A stretch of DNA of 33,188 bases from Gammaproteobacteria bacterium. Its GTDB lineage: Bacteria > Pseudomonadota > Gammaproteobacteria > JAADHS01. The notes below the pieces were generated by a model that had not been told where the DNA came from, searched no databases, and worked only from the letters and a program-made list of their open reading frames with translations. Below, one piece after another: positions 1-8,937 of this stretch. The translations under genes and the position numbers were made by a program. Positions within the stretch are counted from its first letter, which is position 1. The number at the start of each line of letters is the position of its first letter. The DNA lies in contig JANPPH010000181.1 of the NCBI GenBank assembly GCA_031428395.1, forward strand, positions 1-33,188, in the 5' to 3' direction.

Positions 1-148
1 CGGTCACAAAACGGAAAGCGGCGTGGTGGGCACAAGCTCCACCGTCTGTGGCTGCGACTAAGCCATGACGCATAACATGGCGTTCGAGCGGGACAGCCCA
101 GAAGCGGGCTGCCCCTCAATTTAACGTTATACCTAAAAGGAAACTAAT

Positions 149-559
149 ATGGCTCAAGGTAGTTGCCTATGTGGACAGATAGAATATGAGGTAGAACTTA
201 TTCCGGATAAGACATTTAATTGTCACTGTTCATATTGTAGAAAAGCGCACGGAGCAGCTTTCGTGACGCTTACCCTTGCGAAAGGGGAAACCTTAACAAT
301 CACGAAGGGGAAAGAAAGCTTAAAAGAGCATAAGAATGACTTAGGGGGCTTTAGAGCATTTTGTTCTAACTGCGGAACCAGGCTAATGAACTATGCACCA
401 GATAAATCCATGTATCTAAGTGTTGCGCTTTCAACCGTCGACACACCGGTCGATTTTAAGCCTAGCGCTCATGCAAACGTCGAATCTAAAGCGTCATGGC
501 ACGAGCCCTATGAGGGTATCCCAGTTTTTCAAGGGATACCCAATGGTGTCTTGAAATAA
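149..559 (+). CDS. GFA/CENP-V family zinc-binding protein (glutathione-dependent formaldehyde-activating enzyme-like fold)
   Basis: 136 aa ORF. Cys pattern CLCG ... CHCSYCRK ... CSNCG matches the two zinc sites of GFA-family proteins. An aagga Shine-Dalgarno lies about 8 nt upstream of the ATG. Confidence 0.75.
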   Translation: MAQGSCLCGQIEYEVELIPDKTFNCHCSYCRKAHGAAFVTLTLAKGETLTITKGKESLKEHKNDLGGFRAFCSNCGTRLMNYAPDKSMYLSVALSTVDTPVDFKPSAHANVESKASWHEPYEGIPVFQGIPNGVLK

Positions 560-1077
560 AGGTATACCATTTCATTCAAGAGGGACAACGCCTTGTTGGG
601 GCATTGTTGGAGTTAAAGGTGTCATCAAGTTCACGGGCGTTGTTCCGGCCTCATGATTGGCGTGCCAGCTCTACACGCCACGATCTCCTCGAAGGGATGG
701 TCTTTTGGTACCCTTGAAATTGAGACTTTTTTCAATTTTGGGAGTTTTTCTACAGCATCGTTAGAACTAGCGAAGAAAGAATGCGTGTGGTTGGTTTAGT
801 GTGGTGCCAAAATCTACTAGCCTGCAAGCTGAAAGTAAGGATCCGTTTGCCTCACGTAACGCGGTTCTGTTGAGTTTGGTGGGTGTCATAAAAGTTAGCG
901 GCAGTGCCGTGAGGCAAGCCGTGTTCGTGGCAAGACCAATTATTGGTGCATGAATGATAGATAAAATCCAGATGTTGTGTTTTGCGGAGTTAGGAGTAGT
1001 AGCGTCTAACCGTAGGGTCCCAGTGAATGTGTGCGGACTACGTCATATCGCACAAATAACGGACGGTGGGTAGTGTT

Positions 1078-1104
1078 AGGAATGGCCATCAGCAGGCCAT
1101 TCCT
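1078..1104 (-). terminator. Stem-loop immediately downstream of the DUF4382 gene stop
   Basis: 10 bp perfect arms aggaatggcc / ggccattcct with a 7 nt loop, about 14 nt past the stop codon. There is no clear U-tract, so terminator function is uncertain. Confidence 0.3.
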
Positions 1105-1117
1105 GAACATTGCTACG

Positions 1118-2041
1118 TCAGTTGAGAGCCTGCACACCATTTACAGATGCCGTCACCGTTACATTTTTAGTGGCTGAGAACGTGACACTATCGTTTGTGT
1201 CAGGCGCATCGGTTGAGGCATTACAAGTAAACGCGACAGTGTAGTCACCGGCTTCTACAAACGATAGCTTGTAGTTAAATGCTGCAGTCAGATTGTCTTG
1301 GCTAATCAGCGCCGTTACTACGGGCTCCGTCGATGAGCCAATATCATCCGGCGTTATATTGTGTCCGGAAAATAAATAAACGCCACCGCTACAATTGCTA
1401 GTGACTAAGGCAGTCGCGACTGTGCCTGAGAGCGTGCCAGTTTGAGTATTATCAACAATCCGCAACGTGGGTCGCAATTTATAGGTTGAGCCTGACTTAG
1501 ACATATGTACCGATTTTCGCAAATCAAAATCGATGGTGAAGTCGACGTTACCGCTGGCGGTAACATCAAAACCACGATTAAGCTTTAGACCGCTTTCAGC
1601 CCCGCTAGGTATTTCTAGTTCGTGTTCCGCGCCGCTGACAACAATGTAAGAATCGCGTTGATTAGGTACGGCATCAACCATGAGGCGTATCCACTGATAC
1701 TGGCCCGTCGCAAGCGTTTGGTTGTCGAGTAAAAGATCGCTTGTTCCGTTCGTTAGCGCCATTAAATTAATCCGTTTCGGAGCACTTTCCTGACAGATGC
1801 TTGCCGATGTGAACGTTGAGCCGCTGACGGGGTCCTTGCAAAAATAATAGGTGTAGCGAGCTGCGCTGCCATGAATCTCGACGCCGCTAAACTGCACCCA
1901 TACCGCATCTGCACTATCAACAGGGGCATCCGTTACGCGGAGCGTGACCGAGCCGCTGCTTGAGGTACTACTTCCTCCGCCGCAACCCAAAAAAAGTAGC
2001 GGCGCAAGCGCGACAGAAGCTAATTGCAATTTGTTGTTCAT
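1118..2041 (-). CDS. DUF4382-type lipoprotein
   Basis: The track ORF starts at a TTG (2065). The internal ATG at 2041 gives MNNKLQLASVALAPLLFLGCGGG, a lipoprotein signal with lipobox LFLGC. Motifs VTLRVTDAPVD, VWVQFSGVEIHG, GLKLNRGFDV and IDFDLRKS follow the DUF4382 pattern as I recall it. Confidence 0.7.
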   Translation of the reverse strand: MNNKLQLASVALAPLLFLGCGGGSSTSSSGSVTLRVTDAPVDSADAVWVQFSGVEIHGSAARYTYYFCKDPVSGSTFTSASICQESAPKRINLMALTNGTSDLLLDNQTLATGQYQWIRLMVDAVPNQRDSYIVVSGAEHELEIPSGAESGLKLNRGFDVTASGNVDFTIDFDLRKSVHMSKSGSTYKLRPTLRIVDNTQTGTLSGTVATALVTSNCSGGVYLFSGHNITPDDIGSSTEPVVTALISQDNLTAAFNYKLSFVEAGDYTVAFTCNASTDAPDTNDSVTFSATKNVTVTASVNGVQALN

Positions 2042-2274
2042 AGAAAGCCTTTTTTTAGAGGCCAAACATGGCCGTTTAATGATGTGGAAAAAATAGCACC
2101 GAGATAGTTGCGATTTGTCTGACGATGGTTAAGCGGACAAACGTGAAGGGAAAACTGCTTGATTGTTCTCGGATACGTTGCATGTGGATGCATTGTATAT
2201 TGCCAGTGTAAAGCAAACTATAACATAGATCACAAATCGGTGCGTTCGCGGAAGTTACGCTTCATCCACGCGAA

Positions 2275-3903
2275 TTACCCTGTTTTTCTAGGAACTTTCG
2301 GTGCGTTGTTGAATGTAACGAAAGATGTAGGCGCCCACGGGTCAATTGAAGCTTCTATTTCAAACGAACTTCTGATGATACCAATAGCAACAGTCACATT
2401 TTCGCGTAGCGCGTTCCAGTCTGTTTGGTGATCTTCGCTATAGCATAAGCGTTGAACAGTAGTCACCGCACTTTTGACTTGCGGATGTGTACCGTATTGT
2501 CGTTCCCACATCGCCAAGCCTTGGTCGAGTGAGCGCGCTTGTAGCGCGTTTAACAATTCAAGCTTAAAGGTATTCTGAGGCGTTGGGGGAAAGGTTTCTG
2601 TCGCTGATGTTGATGTGTTGATTTGTGGAGAGGAACGTTTTTTCTTAAGTGCGAGAAAAGTGAGCGCCGCGGCGAACGCAAAAATTCCTGAGATGATTTG
2701 CCATGCGTAGTTTGACGGTGACATTTTAGTTACAGTGGGTAGTAGCTTTTCCGGCTTTGGATTAGGATGCTCACTGTACGGTGTTGCCTGTCTAGCGATG
2801 GTGATGGAATGTGCAGGCAATAGAGCAGAAGTAGTGATGCCCGATTCTGTATCGAAGTAGGGCCACGACATGGCGGGTAGCGTGAACGCTCCCGTTGCTG
2901 GCGTTGGCGCAGTGATACTGTAACGAGCGCTATTGATAATGTCATCGTTGGCGCTGTAAGTGGTTTTTATCGCGCGATCAATAAAGATCTTTTCCTGCGA
3001 GTGGATCGAAAGTTGTTCAGGGAATTCCGTGAGGGCAACAGGCCCACTAATGGTTACGGTCCAGCCGATAAATGTATTATCTAAGATCGGGATGGCGTCT
3101 GTTTGATGAAGCGTTACTTTTCCTACTGGTAGTGTGAGCGGCACATTCGCAGGTAACGCTTTTACCTGTATTGTTTGGATTTGCGCGGCGAGACGAAGTT
3201 GGCGTTGGGCTTGAGTCACCACCCAAACGTCTGGCAAAGTGAGTGTCAAAACGCCGGTTTCTTTTGGGTATAGCACCCAACTATTTCGTGTGACGGTGTA
3301 AGTGAATCCTGCATGCGTTTCGGTGCGCTCTTGCGTGATGAGTCGGGAGAAATCTAGCAAGTCGATGGGTGTAGGTGCGGCGCTGAGTTCGTCCCCGAGC
3401 TGAGCGCTTTTTAGTGGCGTGCGGTGGTATAAATCCAAATAGACGACCAGCTGTTCGCGTTGCCAGACGCTCGCCTTGGTTGCGCCTGCACGCGAGAAAA
3501 CTTCAGGTGCGTTATGGTCAGCAGGTTGGGTAATCGTTACAAAAATAGGTTTGGTTTTAAGTCCATCAAGGGTGAAGGGTGGAATACGCAATGTGCCAAT
3601 GCGTTTTGGAAATAGCGCCACGGTTAAAGTTTCGGTCGAACGCCCTTGACCATTAACAAGGTTGTAGCGCTTTGATGTAGTTGGCCGTCCTAAGTCGAAG
3701 TCTTTGCTTAGGGTGTTCAGTTCTATGGTGGGTGACAGGCCTTCGGCGCGTAGGGGTGTATCGCTGTTAGTTAACGTAAACGTCAAGACCATATGTTCGT
3801 CTGCGTTAATATGGGTTTGATCAACGGTCGTTGCAAATTCTGACGCTACAATGCTCTGTGCTGAGAACAGCACTAGGCAGAAAAAGCAAAATCTCACTAC
3901 CAT
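2275..3903 (-). CDS. BatD-like protein (Bat/oxygen-tolerance operon, last gene)
   Basis: 542 aa with an N-terminal signal peptide, a long beta-rich ectodomain, one C-terminal TM segment (WQIISGIFAFAAALTFLAL) and a cytoplasmic tail. Its position after two VWA genes, with a 7 nt overlap to the upstream gene, is the typical BatD position. Confidence 0.65.
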   Translation of the reverse strand: MVVRFCFFCLVLFSAQSIVASEFATTVDQTHINADEHMVLTFTLTNSDTPLRAEGLSPTIELNTLSKDFDLGRPTTSKRYNLVNGQGRSTETLTVALFPKRIGTLRIPPFTLDGLKTKPIFVTITQPADHNAPEVFSRAGATKASVWQREQLVVYLDLYHRTPLKSAQLGDELSAAPTPIDLLDFSRLITQERTETHAGFTYTVTRNSWVLYPKETGVLTLTLPDVWVVTQAQRQLRLAAQIQTIQVKALPANVPLTLPVGKVTLHQTDAIPILDNTFIGWTVTISGPVALTEFPEQLSIHSQEKIFIDRAIKTTYSANDDIINSARYSITAPTPATGAFTLPAMSWPYFDTESGITTSALLPAHSITIARQATPYSEHPNPKPEKLLPTVTKMSPSNYAWQIISGIFAFAAALTFLALKKKRSSPQINTSTSATETFPPTPQNTFKLELLNALQARSLDQGLAMWERQYGTHPQVKSAVTTVQRLCYSEDHQTDWNALRENVTVAIGIIRSSFEIEASIDPWAPTSFVTFNNAPKVPRKTG

Positions 3904-5549
3904 GGCTTGTCGATCACGATTATTTGACCACCACTGCGATCATCGCTACTAAATCTTTTGCGTAGAAAGTCACTGGAATCGTTGGATGCGCCGACCAGTG
4001 GTTTAGTGGTGTTTTGAATACCTTGTAGCGTGGCGAGATCGCTTGGCTGTTTAGCGCTAGTTCGTGCTTCTGATTTTAATGCTTCCGTCTGACTGCCGTT
4101 TTTTAGCTCTCCGGTCTGGGCGCGCTGCTCTTTGAGTGAACGTCCGTTTTTGTCGGTGTCTGTAGCGAGCTGCAACGCTTTATTTATCAAAGATAAGTTG
4201 AGTGCCGCGCGCGGAAAATTAGGTTGCAAAGACAGCGCGGCACGATAGGCTAGTTGGGCATCTTGTAGACGCTCTAGTTTTGCCAGTGCATTGCCTTGAT
4301 TGTATTTCGCCTGCGCATGTTCATCGTCCGTTTTGCCTAGTGTGTCGGCTTGTTGAAAGAGCATTGCGGCTTGAGCCCAAGCGCCTTGTCGGTATGAAAT
4401 CGCGCCAAGACCCATAGTTGCAATATAGCTTGGTTGTAGAGATTGATAGATTGATTTTGCCTGTTCATATTTTTCGGCTAGCAGCGCGTCGCGTGCTTTT
4501 TGCTCGTTCCACGGTGCCGCCATGACTGGAGTGGGAGGAAGAAAATTTAGTAGCATCACTACAAATCCGAAAACAACCGCAGGTGATTTTATGGCGCTCC
4601 AAATAAAAAGTAGCAGGCTCATGGCCAGAAGCCACGGCGCTAGTTTGATGTGAGTTCGTTCGTTAGTAACATAGGCTGAATTTTCTTGCATATGTTCAAG
4701 CTTGTTAAATAGAAAATCCCAATCGCTATTGTCGTCACGGGAAGGGGTATAGAGCCCATTTGCGGCACGCGCAAGTGAGTCGTTCATCGTCGGATTCGCT
4801 TTTGAAATGACCGTATTGCCCTGATACCGCACAAAGCGCCCAGTGTCGTCCGGTACGGGGCCACCGGCAGTCGTGCCGATACCCAAAATAAACAATGGTA
4901 TTTGCTTGTCGCGCAGGCGCTTGGCGGCCGCGATTGCGCCTAAATCGTGAATTTCACCATCGCTAATTAAAATAACCGCCCGACTATTCTCGTCGCTGTG
5001 CTCTAATGCCGCGCGGGCCAGGTCTAGTGCTTTGGCGACATTGGAGCCTTGTAGTGTGGCGAGATTGGTATCGAGTAATTCGGCGAAGTAGCTGAATGCG
5101 TCGAGATCCGTAGTCAATGGCAATACGGTATAGGCGTTGGCGGAAAAAGCAATCAGAGCAACACGTTCTCGTTGCAAGCGTCGAGTGAAATCGGTGAGTT
5201 CCTGTTTTGCTCTGCCCAAGCGAGAAGGGGCTATGTCCTGGACCGTCATTGATGGGGAGATGTCCATGACAACCGCGATATCCATTGCACGTCGTTGCGT
5301 CGGGTTAGGCTTGTCGCTGAGCCAATAGGGGCCCGCAGCGGCTAAAGTGCTCAACGTCCACGCCAGCAAAAAGGTGGTTCCCCACAATTGTCTTTGTTGT
5401 ACACCCGCTATCAAACGCGGTAACAAATGGGCATCCGCGAATGCATCTAAACGGAATTGACCGACATAACGCAAACTCCACCATTTTAATGCCCACGGCA
5501 CCAATGCAATTAGCAACCACAGCGGAGATTGCCATTGTAGAGCGTTCAC
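3897..5549 (-). CDS. VWA-domain membrane protein with C-terminal TPR region (BatB-like fused to a BatC-like TPR module)
   Basis: 550 aa. N-terminal TM segments are followed by a VWA/MIDAS-like DISPSM motif (DxSxS), then another TM and TPR-like repeats (AKYNQGNALAKLERLQDAQLAYRAALSLQPNFPRA). It has a 4 nt overlap with the upstream gene. Confidence 0.8.
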   Translation of the reverse strand: MNALQWQSPLWLLIALVPWALKWWSLRYVGQFRLDAFADAHLLPRLIAGVQQRQLWGTTFLLAWTLSTLAAAGPYWLSDKPNPTQRRAMDIAVVMDISPSMTVQDIAPSRLGRAKQELTDFTRRLQRERVALIAFSANAYTVLPLTTDLDAFSYFAELLDTNLATLQGSNVAKALDLARAALEHSDENSRAVILISDGEIHDLGAIAAAKRLRDKQIPLFILGIGTTAGGPVPDDTGRFVRYQGNTVISKANPTMNDSLARAANGLYTPSRDDNSDWDFLFNKLEHMQENSAYVTNERTHIKLAPWLLAMSLLLFIWSAIKSPAVVFGFVVMLLNFLPPTPVMAAPWNEQKARDALLAEKYEQAKSIYQSLQPSYIATMGLGAISYRQGAWAQAAMLFQQADTLGKTDDEHAQAKYNQGNALAKLERLQDAQLAYRAALSLQPNFPRAALNLSLINKALQLATDTDKNGRSLKEQRAQTGELKNGSQTEALKSEARTSAKQPSDLATLQGIQNTTKPLVGASNDSSDFLRKRFSSDDRSGGQIIVIDKPW

Positions 5550-6574
5550 GGAAACACACTGCGACTAGATCGCCAATGTTGCCAAAGTAACAGCGCTAGG
5601 CCAACGGCTAAGGGTATTTGATAGAGGTCGCGGTATTGATACATCTGTGGCGCTGTTGTTGATGAGGTTGAACGCTGATCAATTTCGGTGAAAATTTGCG
5701 TAAAATCGGTTGTCGCTTCGGCGTGATAAAACTTTCCGTTGGTTGCCTTGGCTAGGTGGCGGAGCAGACTTTTATCGATGCGCATTTCAGTGAACATTGG
5801 GCTATCCAACGTGCCTCGGGGAAACGCAACTTTGCCTTCTCGACCCACTGCGACCGTATAAATACGCACATTTTCTTGTTTGGCTCGCTCTAACGCAACG
5901 AGCGGCTCCGTGCCTGTGGTGTTAGAGCCGTCGCTGAATACAATCAGGGTGCGCGAATTGGAAGGCCTGTATGCAAGGCGTTTTACACCAAGGGCAATAG
6001 CACTGCCCAGTGCGGTTTTTTCGCCAGCGATACCGTTGTCGATGTTGTTTAACATCTGCGTGAGCACGTTCAAGTCTGATGTTAATGGAGCAAGTGTGTA
6101 AGCATCATCGCCAAAGACGATAATGCCGACTCTGTCTCCCTCACGCTTTGCGAGGAACTCAGCGACCACTTGTTTCAACATAGATAAGCGACTCATGGCT
6201 TGGCCGTCACTGCCAACAAAATCAAGTGCGCGCATAGAGCCTGAGACATCAAGGGCAAGCATCATGTCGCGGCCCTGATGTGCCGCTAACTCGCTTGAAT
6301 TTATCCAACGCGGTTGCGCTAGCGCCACAAGCAAGACGGAGCAACCACACAACAACAACCAAGGCTGGGTACGTTTGGCTGAACGTTCACCCATTAACTC
6401 TATCAACAATTCCGTTTGAGGGTGTAACAGGGCCAAATTCGTCTCTTGTTGCGCGCGGGATCGTAGAAGTCTGGCGAAACTTAGCCATAAAAGAAAAAGT
6501 AGCGGTATGGCGGACAATAGCCACGGATGCGCAAGCGTAATCACGTTGTACGCTCTGCTCGGTCTTGCAGCCAT
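5546..6574 (-). CDS. VWA-domain membrane protein (BatA-like)
   Basis: 342 aa with N-terminal TM helices, the MIDAS motif LALDVSGSM, and a C-terminal TM. The exact start is uncertain: the ORF overlaps the upstream gene by 34 nt. Confidence 0.8.
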   Translation of the reverse strand: MAARPSRAYNVITLAHPWLLSAIPLLFLLWLSFARLLRSRAQQETNLALLHPQTELLIELMGERSAKRTQPWLLLCGCSVLLVALAQPRWINSSELAAHQGRDMMLALDVSGSMRALDFVGSDGQAMSRLSMLKQVVAEFLAKREGDRVGIIVFGDDAYTLAPLTSDLNVLTQMLNNIDNGIAGEKTALGSAIALGVKRLAYRPSNSRTLIVFSDGSNTTGTEPLVALERAKQENVRIYTVAVGREGKVAFPRGTLDSPMFTEMRIDKSLLRHLAKATNGKFYHAEATTDFTQIFTEIDQRSTSSTTAPQMYQYRDLYQIPLAVGLALLLWQHWRSSRSVFP

Positions 6575-7005
6575 ACTTTCATGGTGCTAAAAACCTCCTC
6601 CGTTAACTGCTCACCTGAATGCGGTTTGTAACGAAGCTCGTTTAGAATTTGCAGGACGCGTAACCATTCCTCTTCAGTAATGATGCGCATACTAGGCCGA
6701 CATTCATTGCATAGTTGCGTGAGGCCCAGACCCAGTCGCAACACTGTACCGAGGTGATACGCGATATCACGTTCTGGTAGTTGACGCGCCTTCCACTGTT
6801 CAAACAGATCTGCGAGTTTTTCTTGCGCGACGATAGCGTAAGAAAGTGGCAGTCGTTTGCTTCGATGCCGTACAAAAAATGCTATGCCAAGCAATATCAC
6901 AAGGCCTGCTGCTATAACCGTACTTATGAGCCAAAAGTCTGCCCAGGAAGGAGCGGGTGGTAGTTCGATGTCAGCCAGTTGGGCAAGAAAATCCGATTCA
7001 CGCAT
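6541..7005 (-). CDS. DUF4381-like small membrane protein of MoxR/VWA operons
   Basis: 154 aa. The LADIELPPAPSW motif is followed by one TM helix and a basic stretch, and the gene sits between the DUF58 and VWA genes. Confidence 0.6.
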   Translation of the reverse strand: MRESDFLAQLADIELPPAPSWADFWLISTVIAAGLVILLGIAFFVRHRSKRLPLSYAIVAQEKLADLFEQWKARQLPERDIAYHLGTVLRLGLGLTQLCNECRPSMRIITEEEWLRVLQILNELRYKPHSGEQLTEEVFSTMKVWLQDRAERTT

Positions 7006-7894
7006 ATGAAAATAATACAGCTAGTTGCGTTGTGGCGTCATGATGGGTGTATAGCGTTAGGTGTTGAATATTTGTCCGCGCGAATAACTGCTGTAGAGCA
7101 GCCATGCGTTGCGTGGCTCGATCTGCATAACGCTGGCGCAGTTGCTTGTCTGTGGTGTCGACAATCACCGTCCTTCCCGTTTTCGGCGAACGCAGACGCA
7201 GCATGCCCGTAGCATCTAAACGTTCTTCGCCCACATCTATAACATGCACTGCAGTGACTTGATGTGACTCGCTAAGATGCGAGAGCTTAGTTGCGGCGCT
7301 GTCCGACAGTGAATAGAAATCGCTGATAAGATAAATATGTGCCCCACGGGCGGCGACACGCTGCGTTTGTTCGATCGAGTCGGCGAAGGAAGTAGCGGGT
7401 TGCGCTGGATTAATATCACTTAGCGGTGCGACCATTTGGCGCAACAATGCAAAAGCGCCATCAAGACCGCGAGTCGCTGGGAAATGATAGTTCTTTGTAT
7501 CAACAACCAGCCCCGCAATAGATTCTTTTGCTGCAACCGTCATAAAAAGAATGCTCGCCGAAGCCCGCGCCGCGGTAACTACCTTTAACTCTTTTCGGGT
7601 TCCAAAGTGCATGGTGGCGCTGCGATCTAACATCACCAATATTTCTCGTTGCCGATCGGCCCGAAATACTTTCGTCATCGCTTTGCCCGTGCGCGCGGTA
7701 GCTCGCCAGTGCATATGCCTTACGTCATCGCCAAAATGATAAGGGCGAGTGTCTTCAAGCTCCATCCCTTGGCCGCGAAACAGCGAACGATGGTCGCCCA
7801 GCATTGCAGAAGTGGCCGGACGATGTTGATGTGAATAGCTTAAGACTTGCCTCTGCAATTGCTGCAATTCTTCGGCAGACAATAATGCATCCAT
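6998..7894 (-). CDS. DUF58 family protein (MoxR-associated, VWA-like)
   Basis: 298 aa. GDHRSLFRGQGMELEDTRPYHFGDDVRHMHWRATART matches the characteristic DUF58 signature. The gene lies 9 nt downstream of the MoxR gene. Confidence 0.85.
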   Translation of the reverse strand: MDALLSAEELQQLQRQVLSYSHQHRPATSAMLGDHRSLFRGQGMELEDTRPYHFGDDVRHMHWRATARTGKAMTKVFRADRQREILVMLDRSATMHFGTRKELKVVTAARASASILFMTVAAKESIAGLVVDTKNYHFPATRGLDGAFALLRQMVAPLSDINPAQPATSFADSIEQTQRVAARGAHIYLISDFYSLSDSAATKLSHLSESHQVTAVHVIDVGEERLDATGMLRLRSPKTGRTVIVDTTDKQLRQRYADRATQRMAALQQLFARTNIQHLTLYTHHDATTQLAVLFSYA

Positions 7895-7903
7895 CGATAT
7901 GCC

Positions 7904-8860
7904 TTATGGCACGGGTATGTGTTCAAGCAAAGTATTAATAGCTTGCAACGTTGTTATGCCTTCAGCTTTGGCACGGAAGCTTAATGCCACGCGATGATTA
8001 AGGACGGGGAAGGCGAGATCTAGAATGTCGCCGGGTTCAACAAAATCGCGATCACGCAAAAAAGCGCGCGCACGTGCGGCCCGTGCTAGAGCAAGCGTTG
8101 CACGCGGTGAGGCCCCACGCGCAAACCATTCACTTGCGGGTGTTGGCCACGGCGTGGGATTGCGCGTGGCTGATACCACAGCAACAATATACCTTGCCAG
8201 CATATCATCCATATAGATGGCATTAACCTGTCGACGTGCTTCCAGCACTTCTTTAGGTGTGAGCGCTGCACTCGACGTTTCCCTCGAGACACTGGTCAAA
8301 CGCGCATTTTCGCGCCGCAAGATTTCAAGCTCTTCGTCGGCGTTGGGGTATTGCACCGTCACCTTCATCAAAAATCGATCCATCTGTGCTTCCGGCAAAG
8401 AATAAGTACCTTCTTGCTCGATCGGATTTTGTGTGGCGATAACCAAAAACACAGGTTCCAGTGGCCGCGTTACGCCGCTCGCGGTCACCTGTCGCTCTTG
8501 CATCGCCTCTAACAGTGCCGATTGCACTTTGGGCGGCGCGCGGTTGATCTCATCGGCCAAAACAACTTCATTAAAAATAGGCCCCTCGACAAAGCGAAAA
8601 CGTCCTTCCTGTGGCAGAAAAATATCGCTTCCAGTGATGTCGCCAGGGATTAAATCGGGAGTGAATTGGATGCGGGCGAAACGTAAGGCCATGCCGTCAG
8701 CCAATGTCCGCACTGCCGTGGTTTTGGCCAAGCCCGGTAAACCTTCCAGCAACAAATGGCCGTCAGCGAGGATGCCGATCAGCAAATAATCGATGAGCGC
8801 CGATTGGCCCACAATCGTTTGTTCCAAGTGCGCTCGCAACGCAGCAAACTGAGGTTTCAT
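7904..8860 (-). CDS. MoxR-family AAA+ ATPase
   Basis: Walker A is GLPGLAKT and Walker B is VVLADEINRAPP, with the IVGQ motif near the N-terminus. The track ORF begins at a TTG (8893); the in-frame ATG at 8860 (MKPQFAALRAHLEQTIVGQ) is the more typical MoxR start. Confidence 0.9.
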   Translation of the reverse strand: MKPQFAALRAHLEQTIVGQSALIDYLLIGILADGHLLLEGLPGLAKTTAVRTLADGMALRFARIQFTPDLIPGDITGSDIFLPQEGRFRFVEGPIFNEVVLADEINRAPPKVQSALLEAMQERQVTASGVTRPLEPVFLVIATQNPIEQEGTYSLPEAQMDRFLMKVTVQYPNADEELEILRRENARLTSVSRETSSAALTPKEVLEARRQVNAIYMDDMLARYIVAVVSATRNPTPWPTPASEWFARGASPRATLALARAARARAFLRDRDFVEPGDILDLAFPVLNHRVALSFRAKAEGITTLQAINTLLEHIPVP

Positions 8861-8905
8861 AGCAGATCGCAGTAGAGGAGTGAGTTGCAGCAAACTTGCT
8901 GTGCA

Positions 8906-8925
8906 GTTTAACAGCTGATGTTAAC
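8906..8925. promoter_or_regulatory. Near-palindrome GTTTAAC-AGCTGAT-GTTAAC in the divergent MoxR / FGE-like intergenic region
   Basis: Two GTTAAC half-sites flank a CAGCTG core between divergent gene starts. It is a candidate operator on sequence symmetry only. Confidence 0.2.
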
Positions 8926-8937
8926 ATGCCAAATTAG

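Noticed and set aside
2-61. Possible 3' end of an upstream plus-strand ORF, reading ..GHKTESGVVGTSSTVCGCD*
   Set aside because: Only 19 codons are visible. The C-terminal CGC motif is suggestive of a metal or Fe-S protein, but the fragment is far too short to assign or even to confirm as coding.
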